In this document: piece after piece, positions 28,943-39,379 of the stretch
Numbering within the stretch: the first letter of the stretch is position 1
Layout of the letters: each line of letters begins with the position of its first letter
Assembly: GCA_902630355.1 (NCBI GenBank)
Contig: CACOUL010000003.1
Coordinates: 14,284 to 78,283 of the forward strand
Origin: Planctomycetaceae bacterium
GTDB lineage: Bacteria > Planctomycetota > Planctomycetia > Pirellulales > UBA7805
Reading direction: 5' to 3'
Length of the DNA: 64,000 nt
Translations under genes and position numbers: made by a program
Notes under the pieces: generated by a model
The model's input: the letters and a program-made list of their open reading frames with translations, nothing else
What the model was told of the DNA's origin: nothing
The model's database searches: none

Positions 28943-29970
28943 TCGAGTCATCCGGCAATGTGCCTTACGACAGCCTCCTGGTCGTATCGTTTGGCGGCCC
29001 CGAAGGTCCCGACGACGTACTCCCCTTTCTGGAAAATGTACTGCGGGGCCGCAACGTGCCGCGGGAGCGAATGCTCGAAGTTGCCGAGCACTATCAAGCG
29101 TTCGGCGGCAAAAGCCCCATCAATGATCAGAATCGTGCCCTGATCTCGGCGCTGACCGAGGAACTTACGGTGCATGGTCCCGATTTGCCAGTCTATTGGG
29201 GTAATCGTAACTGGCATCCGCTGCTCGCCGATACGATCGGCCGGATGCGGGATGACGGCCGGAAAAGAAGTCTGGCCTTCTTCACCTCGGCCTACAGTTC
29301 TTACTCGGGTTGTCGTCAGTATCGCGAAAACATTTTGGACGCCCGCAGTACGGTGGGCGTCGATTCTCCGGAAATTCACAAGTTGCGTGCCTTCTATAAC
29401 CATCCTGGCTTTATCGAGCCGATGGTCGAGCGGGTCAGCGCCGCACTTGCCGAGGTTCCCGCATCGGCAGGCGACCGATGCAAGGTATTTTATACGGCTC
29501 ATAGTATTCCCGCATCGATGTCCGAGGGTTGCGATTATGTGCTGCAACTCCGCGAGGCATGCCGATTGGTGAGCGAGGAGTTGGGGTTAAGCGATTATGA
29601 GTTGGTCTACCAGAGCCGGAGTGGCCCCCCTACGCAGCCCTGGATGGAACCCGATATTTGTGATGCAATTCAAGTTGCCTGCACCTCGGGCGAAGTGAAG
29701 TACGTTGTGATTGTGCCGATCGGGTTCGTCTCCGACCACATGGAGGTTCTCTTCGATCTCGACACCGAGGCTCGAGAGTTGTGTGAGAAACTGGATGTCG
29801 GGCTGGTGCGGGCCGGTACCGTGGGGACACACCCCCGTTTTATTTCGATGATTCGCGAACTCGTTCTCGAGCGTACCAGCGGCGCAGAGCGGCTGACACT
29901 CGGCACCCTCGGCCCGCGCGCCGATTTTTGCCCGGAAGACTGTTGCCCTGCACCCATCCGCCGCCGTTAG
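28939..29970 (+). CDS. hemH: ferrochelatase
   Basis: Motifs are LLVVSFGGPEGPDDVLPFLENV, FTSAYSSYSGCRQY, FTAHSIP and IGFVSDHMEVLFDLD. Its start overlaps the upstream stop as ATGA (28939-28942). Confidence 0.9.
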   Translation: MIESSGNVPYDSLLVVSFGGPEGPDDVLPFLENVLRGRNVPRERMLEVAEHYQAFGGKSPINDQNRALISALTEELTVHGPDLPVYWGNRNWHPLLADTIGRMRDDGRKRSLAFFTSAYSSYSGCRQYRENILDARSTVGVDSPEIHKLRAFYNHPGFIEPMVERVSAALAEVPASAGDRCKVFYTAHSIPASMSEGCDYVLQLREACRLVSEELGLSDYELVYQSRSGPPTQPWMEPDICDAIQVACTSGEVKYVVIVPIGFVSDHMEVLFDLDTEARELCEKLDVGLVRAGTVGTHPRFISMIRELVLERTSGAERLTLGTLGPRADFCPEDCCPAPIRRR

Positions 29971-30052
29971 AGCATCGGTTGCAATTGATCTGGTAACCGG
30001 TACGAAAAACCGCCTACACTGCAGAAACGCAACACCTTTTAGGCGGAGACCG

Positions 30053-30811
30053 ATGATGGATCAGCAGGTGTGGGATCGCGCTGCACCGCAGTACGACGAG
30101 GAAATATTCGATACGTTCGCCAACGATCGACACAAAGTCCTCCAAAAAGCACTCGATCGCCTGATCGCTCCGAGTCATACGGTTTGCGATTTCGGCTGTG
30201 GGGTTGGCCGCACGGTGCCCTTTCTTGCCCGCAGGGCGCAACGGGTCATCGCAACCGATTTTTCCCTCACCTCGCTCGAGGTCGCAGCGGAAAATCTCCC
30301 TCAACTTAGAAACGTACAATGGTTGCATCGGGACCTCGCGGAGAAAAATCGCGCCTTTTGCCGTGCCGACGTCGGTCTGCTGATGCAAGTGCTGATTATG
30401 CCGGACGCTCGAATCCGTCAGGGGATTCTCGAGACGGTCTATCGTAATTTGCGCAAGGGGGCCTCGCTGCTGGCCGTGGTTCCCTCTCTCGAAGTGACGC
30501 TCCTGACCTACCAAAGGATCGGTCAATGGTATCTCCGGGACGGTAGCAGTGCACGGGAGGCGATCTCGCACATGCAAGATTCGGCCCGGGAAGAGATCGT
30601 CTCGCTGGTTGAGGGAATCGTGAATATTTCCGATACACCGACCAAGCACTACTTGAGAGAAGAAGCCTTGATACTTTTTCGGGAATCCGGTTTTCGGGTC
30701 TTGGAACTTGAAAAAATTGAGTATGCCTGGGACGCCGATTTTGAAGATGCCCCGCGATGGATGCAGGATCCCTATCCGTGGGATTGGTTGATTGTCGCCC
30801 GCAAACCATAA
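30053..30811 (+). CDS. class I SAM-dependent methyltransferase
   Basis: Motif I (VCDFGCGVGR) is followed by the acidic motif II (VIATDFS). The substrate is unknown. Confidence 0.75.
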   Translation: MMDQQVWDRAAPQYDEEIFDTFANDRHKVLQKALDRLIAPSHTVCDFGCGVGRTVPFLARRAQRVIATDFSLTSLEVAAENLPQLRNVQWLHRDLAEKNRAFCRADVGLLMQVLIMPDARIRQGILETVYRNLRKGASLLAVVPSLEVTLLTYQRIGQWYLRDGSSAREAISHMQDSAREEIVSLVEGIVNISDTPTKHYLREEALILFRESGFRVLELEKIEYAWDADFEDAPRWMQDPYPWDWLIVARKP

Positions 30812-30875
30812 TGTGCCTCAGGTTTCCATACGCTGCGTGCGGCCTCGAAAAACTCTCCTCATGTGATCTCGTGTG

Positions 30876-31526
30876 ATGCAACTGATTTCGGTAAATGCGG
30901 GCCGCCCCCGCTACATGCAATTTCAGGGGAAATCCTTTCGCACTGCGATTTATAAGACACCCGTCTCCGGCACCGTACCGGTGCGGTCTTTGCAAATTGA
31001 AGGCGATGGCCAGGCCGACCTTCAATCGCACGGAGGCACCGATAAGGCAGTCTACCTCTATCCGCTGGAGCACTATGACTTTTGGCGCACCGAACTAGGC
31101 CTGTCACTCGAGCAGATGGGAAGTTTCGGAGAAAACTTCACTTCCGAGGGAATGCTCGAGAGTGAAGTTTGTATCGGCGATACTTTTGAGGTGGGCACGG
31201 CGGTCGTCCAGGTGAGCCAACCGCGCACCCCATGCTACAAACTGGCGGCACGTCTTAATCGGCCCGATCTTCCGGCTCGATTTCTCAAGAGCCTCAAATC
31301 AGGTTTTTATCTCCGCGTACTCACAGAGGGGCAGGTGCAGGCAGGCGACTGCTTTGTCCTGCGTGATCGAGATTCTGAACCGGTCACGGTGCAGGACTTG
31401 GTCAGGATTTATCACTTCCAGCGGGATGACGAAGCGGCGATTCGCCGTGTACTAAAAAATGGTGCGATTGCCCGGGAGTGGCGGTGCGAACTTCAGCGCA
31501 GACTCGACGAACGAGGGTTCAAGTAG
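30876..31526 (+). CDS. MOSC domain-containing protein (YiiM-like)
   Basis: MQLISVNAGRP ... LQIEGDGQADLQSHGGTDKAVYLY ... GENFTSEG ... QVSQPRTPCYKL gives the MOSC beta-barrel pattern with its conserved Cys. A GTG at 30873 immediately precedes the ATG. Confidence 0.8.
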   Translation: MQLISVNAGRPRYMQFQGKSFRTAIYKTPVSGTVPVRSLQIEGDGQADLQSHGGTDKAVYLYPLEHYDFWRTELGLSLEQMGSFGENFTSEGMLESEVCIGDTFEVGTAVVQVSQPRTPCYKLAARLNRPDLPARFLKSLKSGFYLRVLTEGQVQAGDCFVLRDRDSEPVTVQDLVRIYHFQRDDEAAIRRVLKNGAIAREWRCELQRRLDERGFK

Positions 31527-31547
31527 CCGAGAAATACGTGCACCACG

Positions 31548-32603
31548 TCAGAGCTTAAAGTTTTTGATCCAGTCGTCGTCTTTCTCATCCGCTTCCTCAT
31601 CTGCGGATCCCTCTTTCCCCCGCTCCCACTTTTTGGAAGACCATTTTTTGCCGGACCACCCTTTCATTTTCTTCATCGACTTCATCACTTCAGCAAACTT
31701 GTCGCTATCGGCCTGCCAGGTGATAAGGAGGTGGTTTCCATCGCGTTCGATGGTGGCCGCTTCGAGCATCTGCTTGGCCTGCGGATTTTTTCCGAATTGC
31801 ATGCCCATCATCGCGTGCATTCCGGAAACCGCGCCCTTCATTTTGGATGCCAACTCTTCGTTGTTCGCTTCCAGGTCGTATTTCAACTGCATCAGATTAT
31901 CGTTGACATTAAAAAACATAGTGGCTGTGCGGCAGCGGGCGAGTACCGGACAGCGGGTTTTCTCCTGGTAGCCGTCTGGTACATCGATCGCGCGGCAGGC
32001 GAGGATCGCCTCTCGATTGAACGTATCGAGCAGCGCGGAAGAATCGCTCACTGCCGTCGACTCCCCGTCGAGGACGTCGAGTGTTTTTTGTATTTTTGAC
32101 GCATCGCTGGCAATGAGCATCAAATTATCGGAAGCCAAGCACCCTGAAACGGCATGTTCCCCCCGATATGGAGACGCATCGGTCCAAGTGCTGATGAAGT
32201 AATTACGATACTTTTCTGTCTTTGCATCGGGATGCTCTTTTTTGAATTGCGATGCGATTTTTTCGGCATTGATGTTACGCACGTGCAGCGCAAGAACCCC
32301 GTTGTGCCGCGCATATTCGCTGTCATACATCGAAAGTCCCATCAGGTCCTCGGCCGGGTTCCAACCGTAGGTTTCCACCATCTCTTCGACTTTGTCCTGA
32401 TACCACGCCTTGTTTTCCATTTCGCTTTGCCACTTTTGCATTAACTCCCAGCTGCGGGCTTTTTCCATATCGAAGTGGAGCAGCCACTTTGTATCGTCCG
32501 GAATTGCTGCCGGATCGAGGGGCGCGGCCACTATGGCAGAGGGGGCAAAACAGAGTAATAAAATAAGCGCAAGCGGAGCCGTGCGGCAGCTGGGAGATCG
32601 CAT
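31548..32603 (-). CDS. secreted hypothetical protein
   Basis: The internal ATG at 32603 gives a classical signal peptide (MRSPSCRTAPLALILLLCFAPSAIVAAP). The longer ORF to 33065 would overlap the sulfatase gene start. No family was recognised, and the tail is rich in Lys, Trp and acidic residues. Confidence 0.5.
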   Translation of the reverse strand: MRSPSCRTAPLALILLLCFAPSAIVAAPLDPAAIPDDTKWLLHFDMEKARSWELMQKWQSEMENKAWYQDKVEEMVETYGWNPAEDLMGLSMYDSEYARHNGVLALHVRNINAEKIASQFKKEHPDAKTEKYRNYFISTWTDASPYRGEHAVSGCLASDNLMLIASDASKIQKTLDVLDGESTAVSDSSALLDTFNREAILACRAIDVPDGYQEKTRCPVLARCRTATMFFNVNDNLMQLKYDLEANNEELASKMKGAVSGMHAMMGMQFGKNPQAKQMLEAATIERDGNHLLITWQADSDKFAEVMKSMKKMKGWSGKKWSSKKWERGKEGSADEEADEKDDDWIKNFKL

Positions 32604-32774
32604 GGGGGTGCCTTCCGTTAGGTTGCCTCTTAAGAGTTCCCTTTCACTATAGCAAAATTCTGATAAATGGGCACTTTTTGCGATACCCTGCTCGGTGCCT
32701 GCCATGCGGTTGGGCGAATTGCAAAGGAAGGCTATCCTAAAGTGATGGTCTGTTGATTCCTCGGGAGCCGCTTC

Positions 32775-34457
32775 ATGTCCAAAATATGTCTTGCTTTGGG
32801 ATGTTGGACCGCCCTGGTTGCGGTACCGCTCATCGCAGCCGAAAAAGTCGATCGCCCCAATATTGTGTTGATCATGTCGGACGATATGGGGTATTCGGAC
32901 ATCGGCTGCTATGGGGGCGAAATTCGCACACCCCATCTCGATCGTCTGGCTGCCGACGGTTTGCGATTCACGCAGTTTTACAACACGGCCCGGTGCTGTC
33001 CGACGCGGGCCTGCTTGCTTACCGGCCTCTATCCACATCAGGCAGGTGTGGGCTACATGATGCAAGATCGGGGTTTCGACGGCTATCGAGGTGATTTAAA
33101 TCGCAATTGTGTCACGATTGCCGAGGTCTTACGCGAAGCCGGATACAACACCTACGTCGCCGGAAAGTGGCACGTAACGAAAATTACCCGGCCGAAAGAC
33201 GACGGAGATAAATACAACTGGCCACCTCAAAGAGGATTTGATCGATTTTACGGTACGATTCACGGCGCGGGTTCCTTCTGGGACCCCTCAACCCTGTGCC
33301 GCGACAACAAAATGATTTCTCCGTTTGCGGACCCCGAATACAGCCCCGAAGAGCCCTATTACTACACGCAGGCTATTTCCGATCAGGCGGCGCGTTTTAT
33401 CCGAGAGAATCCGCGCGGTACACCCTTTTTTCTCTACGTGCCTTATACGGCCGCACACTGGCCGCTCCATGCACGGGAACGCGACATTGCCCGATACGAT
33501 GGAAAGTATGATGCGGGCTACGATGCAATCCGCCTCGCTCGACTGGAAAAGATGAAACGTCTGGGGGTCGTGTCTCGCGAGGCAGAACTATCCGGTGCCG
33601 CAGGCAATTGGGATGCCGTGGAACACAAGGAGTGGGAAGCGGCGAATATGGAAGTGTATGCGGCGATGATCGACGCGATGGATCAGGGAATTGGCGAGAT
33701 CGTCAAGGCCTTGAAGGAAACAGGGCAATATGAAAACACCCTGCTCTGTTACTTCCAGGATAACGGGGGCTGCGCCGAGGCGGCGGGCCGCAGCCTTCAA
33801 CCGAACCCGCGTGGAGAGGAACCGACGTTGCCGCCACTCGCCGACGATGCATTGCACTATTTTGGCTCGGTGCCGAAGCAGACCCGCGACGGTTGGCCGG
33901 TGCGTGCCGGTCGCGTGATGCCGGGACCGGCAGATACCTATATCGGCTATGGAAAAAACTGGGCCAATGTCTCCAACACTCCATTTCGGGAATATAAACA
34001 CTGGACCCACGAAGGGGGCATTTCGACACCCTTGATTGTTCACTGGCCACGAGGGATTAAGGGAAAAAATGAAATTCGCAATCAAGTCTCTCACCTCATC
34101 GATTTGATGCCCACCTGTGTTGAGGTGGCAGGCGCCGAATATCCAAAATCATTCGGCGGCGATTCGATCCGGCCGATGGAGGGGACAAGCCTGGTGCCTA
34201 CCTTTGTGGACAGACCACTCGAGCGAGGACCTCTGTTCTGGGAGCATGAAGGGAATCGCGCCGTCAGGGACGGCAAGTGGAAACTCGTTGCCAAGCGGCC
34301 CGCACGTGGACTGACCCCGAACTGGGAACTTTACGATATCGAAGAAGACCGAAGCGAGTTGCATAATCTCGCCGCGGAGAACAGGCAAAGGGTCGCTGAG
34401 ATGGCTCGGCTATGGGCCGATTACGCGAAGCGAACGGGCGTCTATCCAAGTCCTTGA
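32775..34457 (+). CDS. arylsulfatase (formylglycine-dependent sulfatase family)
   Basis: A signal peptide is followed by PNIVLIMSDDMGYSDIGCYGG. The FGly motif CCPTRACLLTG (CxPxR) and the later GKWH motif are present. Confidence 0.9.
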   Translation: MSKICLALGCWTALVAVPLIAAEKVDRPNIVLIMSDDMGYSDIGCYGGEIRTPHLDRLAADGLRFTQFYNTARCCPTRACLLTGLYPHQAGVGYMMQDRGFDGYRGDLNRNCVTIAEVLREAGYNTYVAGKWHVTKITRPKDDGDKYNWPPQRGFDRFYGTIHGAGSFWDPSTLCRDNKMISPFADPEYSPEEPYYYTQAISDQAARFIRENPRGTPFFLYVPYTAAHWPLHARERDIARYDGKYDAGYDAIRLARLEKMKRLGVVSREAELSGAAGNWDAVEHKEWEAANMEVYAAMIDAMDQGIGEIVKALKETGQYENTLLCYFQDNGGCAEAAGRSLQPNPRGEEPTLPPLADDALHYFGSVPKQTRDGWPVRAGRVMPGPADTYIGYGKNWANVSNTPFREYKHWTHEGGISTPLIVHWPRGIKGKNEIRNQVSHLIDLMPTCVEVAGAEYPKSFGGDSIRPMEGTSLVPTFVDRPLERGPLFWEHEGNRAVRDGKWKLVAKRPARGLTPNWELYDIEEDRSELHNLAAENRQRVAEMARLWADYAKRTGVYPSP

Positions 34458-34492
34458 TGAGTGTCAGTCTGCCGCACGGCACCCAATTTTTC

Positions 34493-35620
34493 TCATCGCC
34501 GTGAGACGCGGCCTCCGGGTAGACGGGTGATCAACTTGCGGACCTCAAGGACGCTGAGCGTCGAAAGGACGCGTGATGTCGGCAGACCTGTTTTTTCAAC
34601 GATCTGATCGACGAGCGTGGGATCCGAGCCGATCGATTGAAGCACGTTGGTCTCCATGGTATTGAGTTGGAGTTCGCTCGGGTGACGAATCACCCGCCCG
34701 TCCTCCTGTCGGTTGCTCTCAGCCAGTGGTCCTAATGCATCGAGAATATCGTCGACCGATTCGACTAAAATCGCCCCGTCGCGAATCAGTGTATGGCAGC
34801 CCTTGGAACCGCGACTGTCGATCGGGCCGGGAACGGCGAAGACATCGCGGTTTTGCTCCATTGCAAATCGCGCAGTGATCAAGGCGCCGCTTCGCTCCCC
34901 GGCCTCGACGACCACCGTTCCGAGAGTCAGCCCCGAAATAAGCCGATTCCTGCGGGGGAAGGAATTCCGAGTAGCGACGAAGCGAGGAGGCATCTCCGAA
35001 AGCAGGCACCCTTGCTCGCTGATTTCCCCGGCCAGGTCCGCATGTTCGGGAGGATAGAGTTTCAAGAGTCCCCCACCAAGAACTGCGAGCGTGCGACCGC
35101 CGGCTGCCAGGGCAGCCCGGTGGGCTGCCGCATCGATGCCGCGGGCCAGACCGGCAACGACGGTGATCCCTGCACGCGCCAGTCCGCCGGCAAGTCGCTC
35201 GGCCTGGGCGAGTCCGTACCGGGTGGTGTTGCGCGATCCGACGACCGCGATTGCGATCGAATCGGCCGATTTCAATTCACCCTGCAAAAACAGCACTCCC
35301 GGCGGATCGGGGATTTCGAGAAGCGACCGCGGGTAATCTTCCGCCGTCTGCGCAAGAACTTGAATTTGCTCTTGCTGGCAGACTGCCCATTCCGCTGCAG
35401 GGTCCGTGGTCCGGTCCGCAGTAGCGATCGCACGGGCCAGTTGCGGCCCCACCCCCTCGACCCGCCGAAGTTCGTCCGCCGCGGCGTTCAGTACAGCCTG
35501 AGGAGAATGGAATTGCGCAATCAGCGCCGCGAGTATCCGGGGACCGACTCCTGACACGAGGGTTAAACGGAGCCAAGCCTCAATAACCGTATCGGATAAC
35601 TGCGTCGATTTTTTCTGCAC
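34493..35620 (-). CDS. dprA: DNA-processing protein DprA
   Basis: The core IAVVGSRNTTRYGLAQAERLAGGLARAGITVVAGLARGIDAAAHRAAL is present, together with a C-terminal winged-helix region. Confidence 0.88.
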   Translation of the reverse strand: MQKKSTQLSDTVIEAWLRLTLVSGVGPRILAALIAQFHSPQAVLNAAADELRRVEGVGPQLARAIATADRTTDPAAEWAVCQQEQIQVLAQTAEDYPRSLLEIPDPPGVLFLQGELKSADSIAIAVVGSRNTTRYGLAQAERLAGGLARAGITVVAGLARGIDAAAHRAALAAGGRTLAVLGGGLLKLYPPEHADLAGEISEQGCLLSEMPPRFVATRNSFPRRNRLISGLTLGTVVVEAGERSGALITARFAMEQNRDVFAVPGPIDSRGSKGCHTLIRDGAILVESVDDILDALGPLAESNRQEDGRVIRHPSELQLNTMETNVLQSIGSDPTLVDQIVEKTGLPTSRVLSTLSVLEVRKLITRLPGGRVSRR

Positions 35621-35640
35621 GTTTTCCTTCCGAACGGTTG

Positions 35641-36732
35641 CTAATCGTCGAGTGCTGCGAGCGCTTCAGCCGGATCGACTCCTTCGACCAGTTCTACCTC
35701 GCCGATGCGACTGGGAAGAATGAATCGCACATTGCCTCCTTCCGCCTTCTTATCCCGGCGAAACGCCTCAAGCAGTTTTGTCCGATCGAGCGGGGGAACG
35801 GAGGTGGGCAGGTCGAGTCTGGCCAGCAGTTCTGCCTGACGTTCAGTGACCACACGATCAATACGGCCCAACCGTTCTGCGAGTCGAGAGGCACAGAGCA
35901 TGCCGATCGCCACCGCCTCGCCATGGAGTAATTCACGGTATCCGGTCACCGCCTCAAACGCGTGAGCAAAGGTATGTCCGTAATTCAATATGGCCCGCTG
36001 CCCCGACTCTTCCCTTTCATCCTCGGCAACGATCTTGGCTTTCAGTTGACAGCTTCTCTCGATAATGTCGATCAGGATGGCGGGATTTCTCTGCTGGATA
36101 TCGTCGGTCGTGCGTTCCAGATATTCAAAAAATTCTTCGTCCATAATGACTCCATATTTCACCACCTCCGCCAGCCCCGCACGGTATTCACGTGCGGGGA
36201 GCGTATCGAGGGTCGCAGTATCGATCAGCACCCCTGACGGTTGCCAAAATGCGCCGACCATATTTTTGGCTCCCGGTAAATTAATGCCCACCTTCCCTCC
36301 GACGGAACTATCGACTTGCGACAGTAGGGTTGTCGGTATTTGTAGAAAACGCAGACCGCGGGCGTAGGTGGCTGCAACAAATCCGGCCAGGTCCCCGATC
36401 ACCCCTCCGCCGACCGCGAGGATCAGGCTCTGTCGGCTGGTTTCCACGCTCAGGCACCTTTGCCAGAGATTCTCAGCCATTTCAATCGATTTGGTCGACT
36501 CACCGCTCGGCAGGACCACCAGATCGGTTTGCAAACCCGCAGTTTGCAGGCTTTCGGCAACCGTCATGGCATGCGGTTGTTCCACATTTTCGTCGGTGAC
36601 AACAACGGCGTGCTGCGCCGGGCAGCAGGAATCGACGAGCGCACCGACCCTTTCGAGCATTGCGGTACCGATGGCAATGCGATAGCCGCGCGGACCAAGA
36701 TCGACGTGTACGGAGTGAGGAGAATCAATCAA
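35641..36732 (-). CDS. aroB: 3-dehydroquinate synthase
   Basis: Motifs are GGGVIGDLAGFVAATYARG, VDSSVGGKVGIN, and NYGHTFAHAFE with HGEAVAIG. Confidence 0.9.
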   Translation of the reverse strand: MIDSPHSVHVDLGPRGYRIAIGTAMLERVGALVDSCCPAQHAVVVTDENVEQPHAMTVAESLQTAGLQTDLVVLPSGESTKSIEMAENLWQRCLSVETSRQSLILAVGGGVIGDLAGFVAATYARGLRFLQIPTTLLSQVDSSVGGKVGINLPGAKNMVGAFWQPSGVLIDTATLDTLPAREYRAGLAEVVKYGVIMDEEFFEYLERTTDDIQQRNPAILIDIIERSCQLKAKIVAEDEREESGQRAILNYGHTFAHAFEAVTGYRELLHGEAVAIGMLCASRLAERLGRIDRVVTERQAELLARLDLPTSVPPLDRTKLLEAFRRDKKAEGGNVRFILPSRIGEVELVEGVDPAEALAALDD

Positions 36733-36776
36733 ACGACAGGTTTCCTTCGACCGGGGCGTCCCGGGGAGGACGCCTT

Positions 36777-37025
36777 TTAGGGATGACTCGCTTGGAGTCG
36801 CTGTAAATCATCTTCCGTTACTGTGATCACGCGGCAGAAACCGGTGTGGGTTCGCTGATATTCAAGTTCGCTAGCGTCTTCCGCAGTCGCGTGAAGTTCA
36901 GCGGCGATCCGTTCTTGCGCTGCAGCATCTACTTCCTCGGCGAGCGATCCCCACACGGTGACTTGCTCCATGACGAGGGCTTCTCGGTAAGGATCAAATG
37001 AATTGGCCATGGTCCGACTCGTCAC
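36777..37025 (-). CDS. small hypothetical protein
   Basis: 82-aa ORF co-directional with and upstream of aroB and dprA. The sequence is acidic and non-repetitive, and no motif was recognised. Confidence 0.35.
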   Translation of the reverse strand: MTSRTMANSFDPYREALVMEQVTVWGSLAEEVDAAAQERIAAELHATAEDASELEYQRTHTGFCRVITVTEDDLQRLQASHP

Positions 37026-37192
37026 CTGGAAGGGTTAAAATTTCCAAAGAGCGGAGATGCGTACATTTCCAAACCAGCTCCTCGAAAAAATCAGTATAAT
37101 CCGCTGCCTTAAAAACACCTAGTGGGTGGTTGCGGAACCCCGATCTCCTTTGAAACATTGGTACTTTGCTTATCGAACTGAGGGTCAACCGA

Positions 37193-37702
37193 ATGCATCG
37201 CGGAAAACTTGTTGTTGTTTCAGTCTTTGTTTTGGCAGTGATTCTTGCCACGTCTGGGCTCATCTATCGCTACCTCCAGACCAGCGATGTGGTTGCTTTT
37301 TGGGGGGCAAGACCGTCTCAACGGATTTCCAGTCCGGACCGAGTGGAATTATGGGAACTCGAACCGGGAGGCGGCGAGCCAGCGAAGACCGCCGGGGGGA
37401 GTGAGATTATCGTTCAAGGAAGGCGGTACGTACCGAAGCAGGTGCGCGATGTGACGAAGGCGAGAGGTTTTATCAATGCCAGCAGCGCACTGATGCTCAG
37501 CCACAATTACCGTTGGGATCCGTCCGACTGTGAACCGGTTTGGACTCATGCCTTGCTTTACCATCGGGACGGAGCGACGACGGTTGTGGCTGTTAGCCTT
37601 GAGTGTGGTTGGGTCTATTCTGCGGAGACTGAGCGGGTGGCCGATATCGGGACCATCACCGAGGGGCTTGTCAGACTGTTCCGCGAACAGTTAGGTTCTT
37701 AG
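37193..37702 (+). CDS. hypothetical membrane-anchored protein
   Basis: The ATG at 37193 gives MHRGKLVVVSVFVLAVILATSGLIY, a single N-terminal TM helix, followed by a soluble domain. The ORF opens at TTG 37166. No family was recognised. Confidence 0.4.
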   Translation: MHRGKLVVVSVFVLAVILATSGLIYRYLQTSDVVAFWGARPSQRISSPDRVELWELEPGGGEPAKTAGGSEIIVQGRRYVPKQVRDVTKARGFINASSALMLSHNYRWDPSDCEPVWTHALLYHRDGATTVVAVSLECGWVYSAETERVADIGTITEGLVRLFREQLGS

Positions 37703-37776
37703 TCCGTTAGCAGGGGCATTTTTGTGCTCGTTCAAATTCAGTCGTTCACATTCATGAGAGAAGGAAGCGTTCATCT

Positions 37777-38283
37777 ATGAGTACGTCGGCAAAAGTTGGA
37801 ATTGTGATGGGGAGTGACAGCGATTGGCCAAAAATCAATGCGGTGAAGGCGGCCCTTGATGAATTCGGCGTCGCCTGCGAGGTCCACGTGATGAGTGCCC
37901 ACCGTACGCCGGGGATCGTTACCGAATATGCTTCCACTGCTCGCGAACGCGGGCTGGGGGTGATCATTGCAGCCGCGGGAGGTGCGGCGCACCTGGCCGG
38001 TGTGGTGGCCGCACATACGACACTTCCGGTGATCGGCCTGCCGGTTCCCACGCCCGACCTGGGCGGACTCGATTCACTGCTTTCGACCGTGCAGATGCCG
38101 GGTGACGTACCGGTTGCCAGTATGGCTGTCGGGATGGGCGGACCACGGAATGCAGGTTTGTTTGCGGTACAAATTCTTGCCACAGCCGATGCGGACCTGA
38201 GAGAAAAGTTGGCTGCGTTTAAGGAAAAGCTCGTAGACAAGATCAAAGCGAAAGACGCAGCGTTCCAAGAAAAACTCACTTAG
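37777..38283 (+). CDS. purE: 5-(carboxyamino)imidazole ribonucleotide mutase
   Basis: KVGIVMGSDSDWPKI ... VHVMSAHRTP ... IIAAAGGAAHLAG ... PVIGLPV is the class I PurE signature. Confidence 0.92.
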   Translation: MSTSAKVGIVMGSDSDWPKINAVKAALDEFGVACEVHVMSAHRTPGIVTEYASTARERGLGVIIAAAGGAAHLAGVVAAHTTLPVIGLPVPTPDLGGLDSLLSTVQMPGDVPVASMAVGMGGPRNAGLFAVQILATADADLREKLAAFKEKLVDKIKAKDAAFQEKLT

Positions 38284-38310
38284 TGCCTTGAACGAGCCAA
38301 GGAGTTTCGC

Positions 38311-39369
38311 GTGGTAGAGACACTCCGCTGGGTGGGTGATCCAGATGGGGGTCGCTTGTGGCTGATCGATCAAACGCGGTTGCCCACCGAGATGGTGGAG
38401 ATCGAAATCGGTACCGTGGAGGAGGCCTGGGAAGCGATCAAGTCATTGCGGATTCGAGGTGCCCCGGCAATCGGCATCGCCGCCGCGTATGGCTCGGTCC
38501 TGGGAATGCAGCCTTTCGGCAACGCGGATCGCGATGATTGGCTCGCGCACTTTCGTAAGACAACCGACTACCTTGCAGGTAGCCGTCCCACTGCGGTCAA
38601 CTTATTTTGGGCATTGGACCGGCAGCGCGCCCGAGTCGATGCACTTGTTGTGGACGATGCCGACCCCCAGGAATTGCAGCAGGCCCTGCTCGAAGAGGCA
38701 GAAAAGATTCATGCCGAAGACCGGCAGATGTGCCGCGCGATCGGTCGCTGGGGCGCCGACCTTCTGAAGCATCAAACGGGCGTGCTGACGCATTGTAATG
38801 CGGGGGGGCTGGCCACTGCCGACTACGGCACCGCCCTGGCCGTTATTTTCGCGGCCGCAGAGGAAGGCAAATGCTTGTCTGTGTATGCTGACGAAACGCG
38901 ACCGTTGCTTCAAGGTGCGCGTTTGACCGCCTGGGAGTTGCAGCAGCGCGACATCGACGTAACGGTTATTTGTGACTCGATGGCAGCACAGGTGATGCGC
39001 GAGGGAAAAATTCAGGCGGTCGTCACCGGTGCAGATCGAATCGCATCCAACGGCGATGTGGCGAACAAAATAGGGACTTATCAGGTGGCCCTTGTGGCGG
39101 CAGCCCACAAGATTCCATTTTATGTGGCGGCCCCCAGCAGCACGTTCGATCTCTCGCTTGCCGATGGGTCGGAGATTCCGATCGAGCAACGCGATGCGCG
39201 AGAGATCACACACGGTTTCGGGCGACAAACAACGCCGGACGGGATGAAGGTCTACAATCCCGCGTTCGACGTAACCCCAGCTCATTTAGTGACTGCCATT
39301 ATTTGCGAGCATGGAGTGATCGATCCGGTCGATACGGCCCAAGTTGAGAAAATGCTTACGGCGCATTAG
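38311..39369 (+). CDS. mtnA: S-methyl-5-thioribose-1-phosphate isomerase
   Basis: LWLIDQTRLP ... IKSLRIRGAPAIGIAAAYG ... SRPTAVNLFWAL ... THCNAGGLAT ... GADRIASNGDVANKIGTY matches the pattern. The ORF starts with GTG. It belongs to the eIF-2B alpha/beta/delta-like family. Confidence 0.88.
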   Translation: MVETLRWVGDPDGGRLWLIDQTRLPTEMVEIEIGTVEEAWEAIKSLRIRGAPAIGIAAAYGSVLGMQPFGNADRDDWLAHFRKTTDYLAGSRPTAVNLFWALDRQRARVDALVVDDADPQELQQALLEEAEKIHAEDRQMCRAIGRWGADLLKHQTGVLTHCNAGGLATADYGTALAVIFAAAEEGKCLSVYADETRPLLQGARLTAWELQQRDIDVTVICDSMAAQVMREGKIQAVVTGADRIASNGDVANKIGTYQVALVAAAHKIPFYVAAPSSTFDLSLADGSEIPIEQRDAREITHGFGRQTTPDGMKVYNPAFDVTPAHLVTAIICEHGVIDPVDTAQVEKMLTAH

Positions 39370-39379
39370 CGAGGTATCC

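Noticed and set aside
32604-33065. An N-terminal extension of the 505-aa ORF 31548..33065.
   Set aside because: The extension would overlap the start of the convergently placed sulfatase gene by about 290 nt and has no sensible sequence features. The internal Met at 32603 yields a textbook signal peptide.
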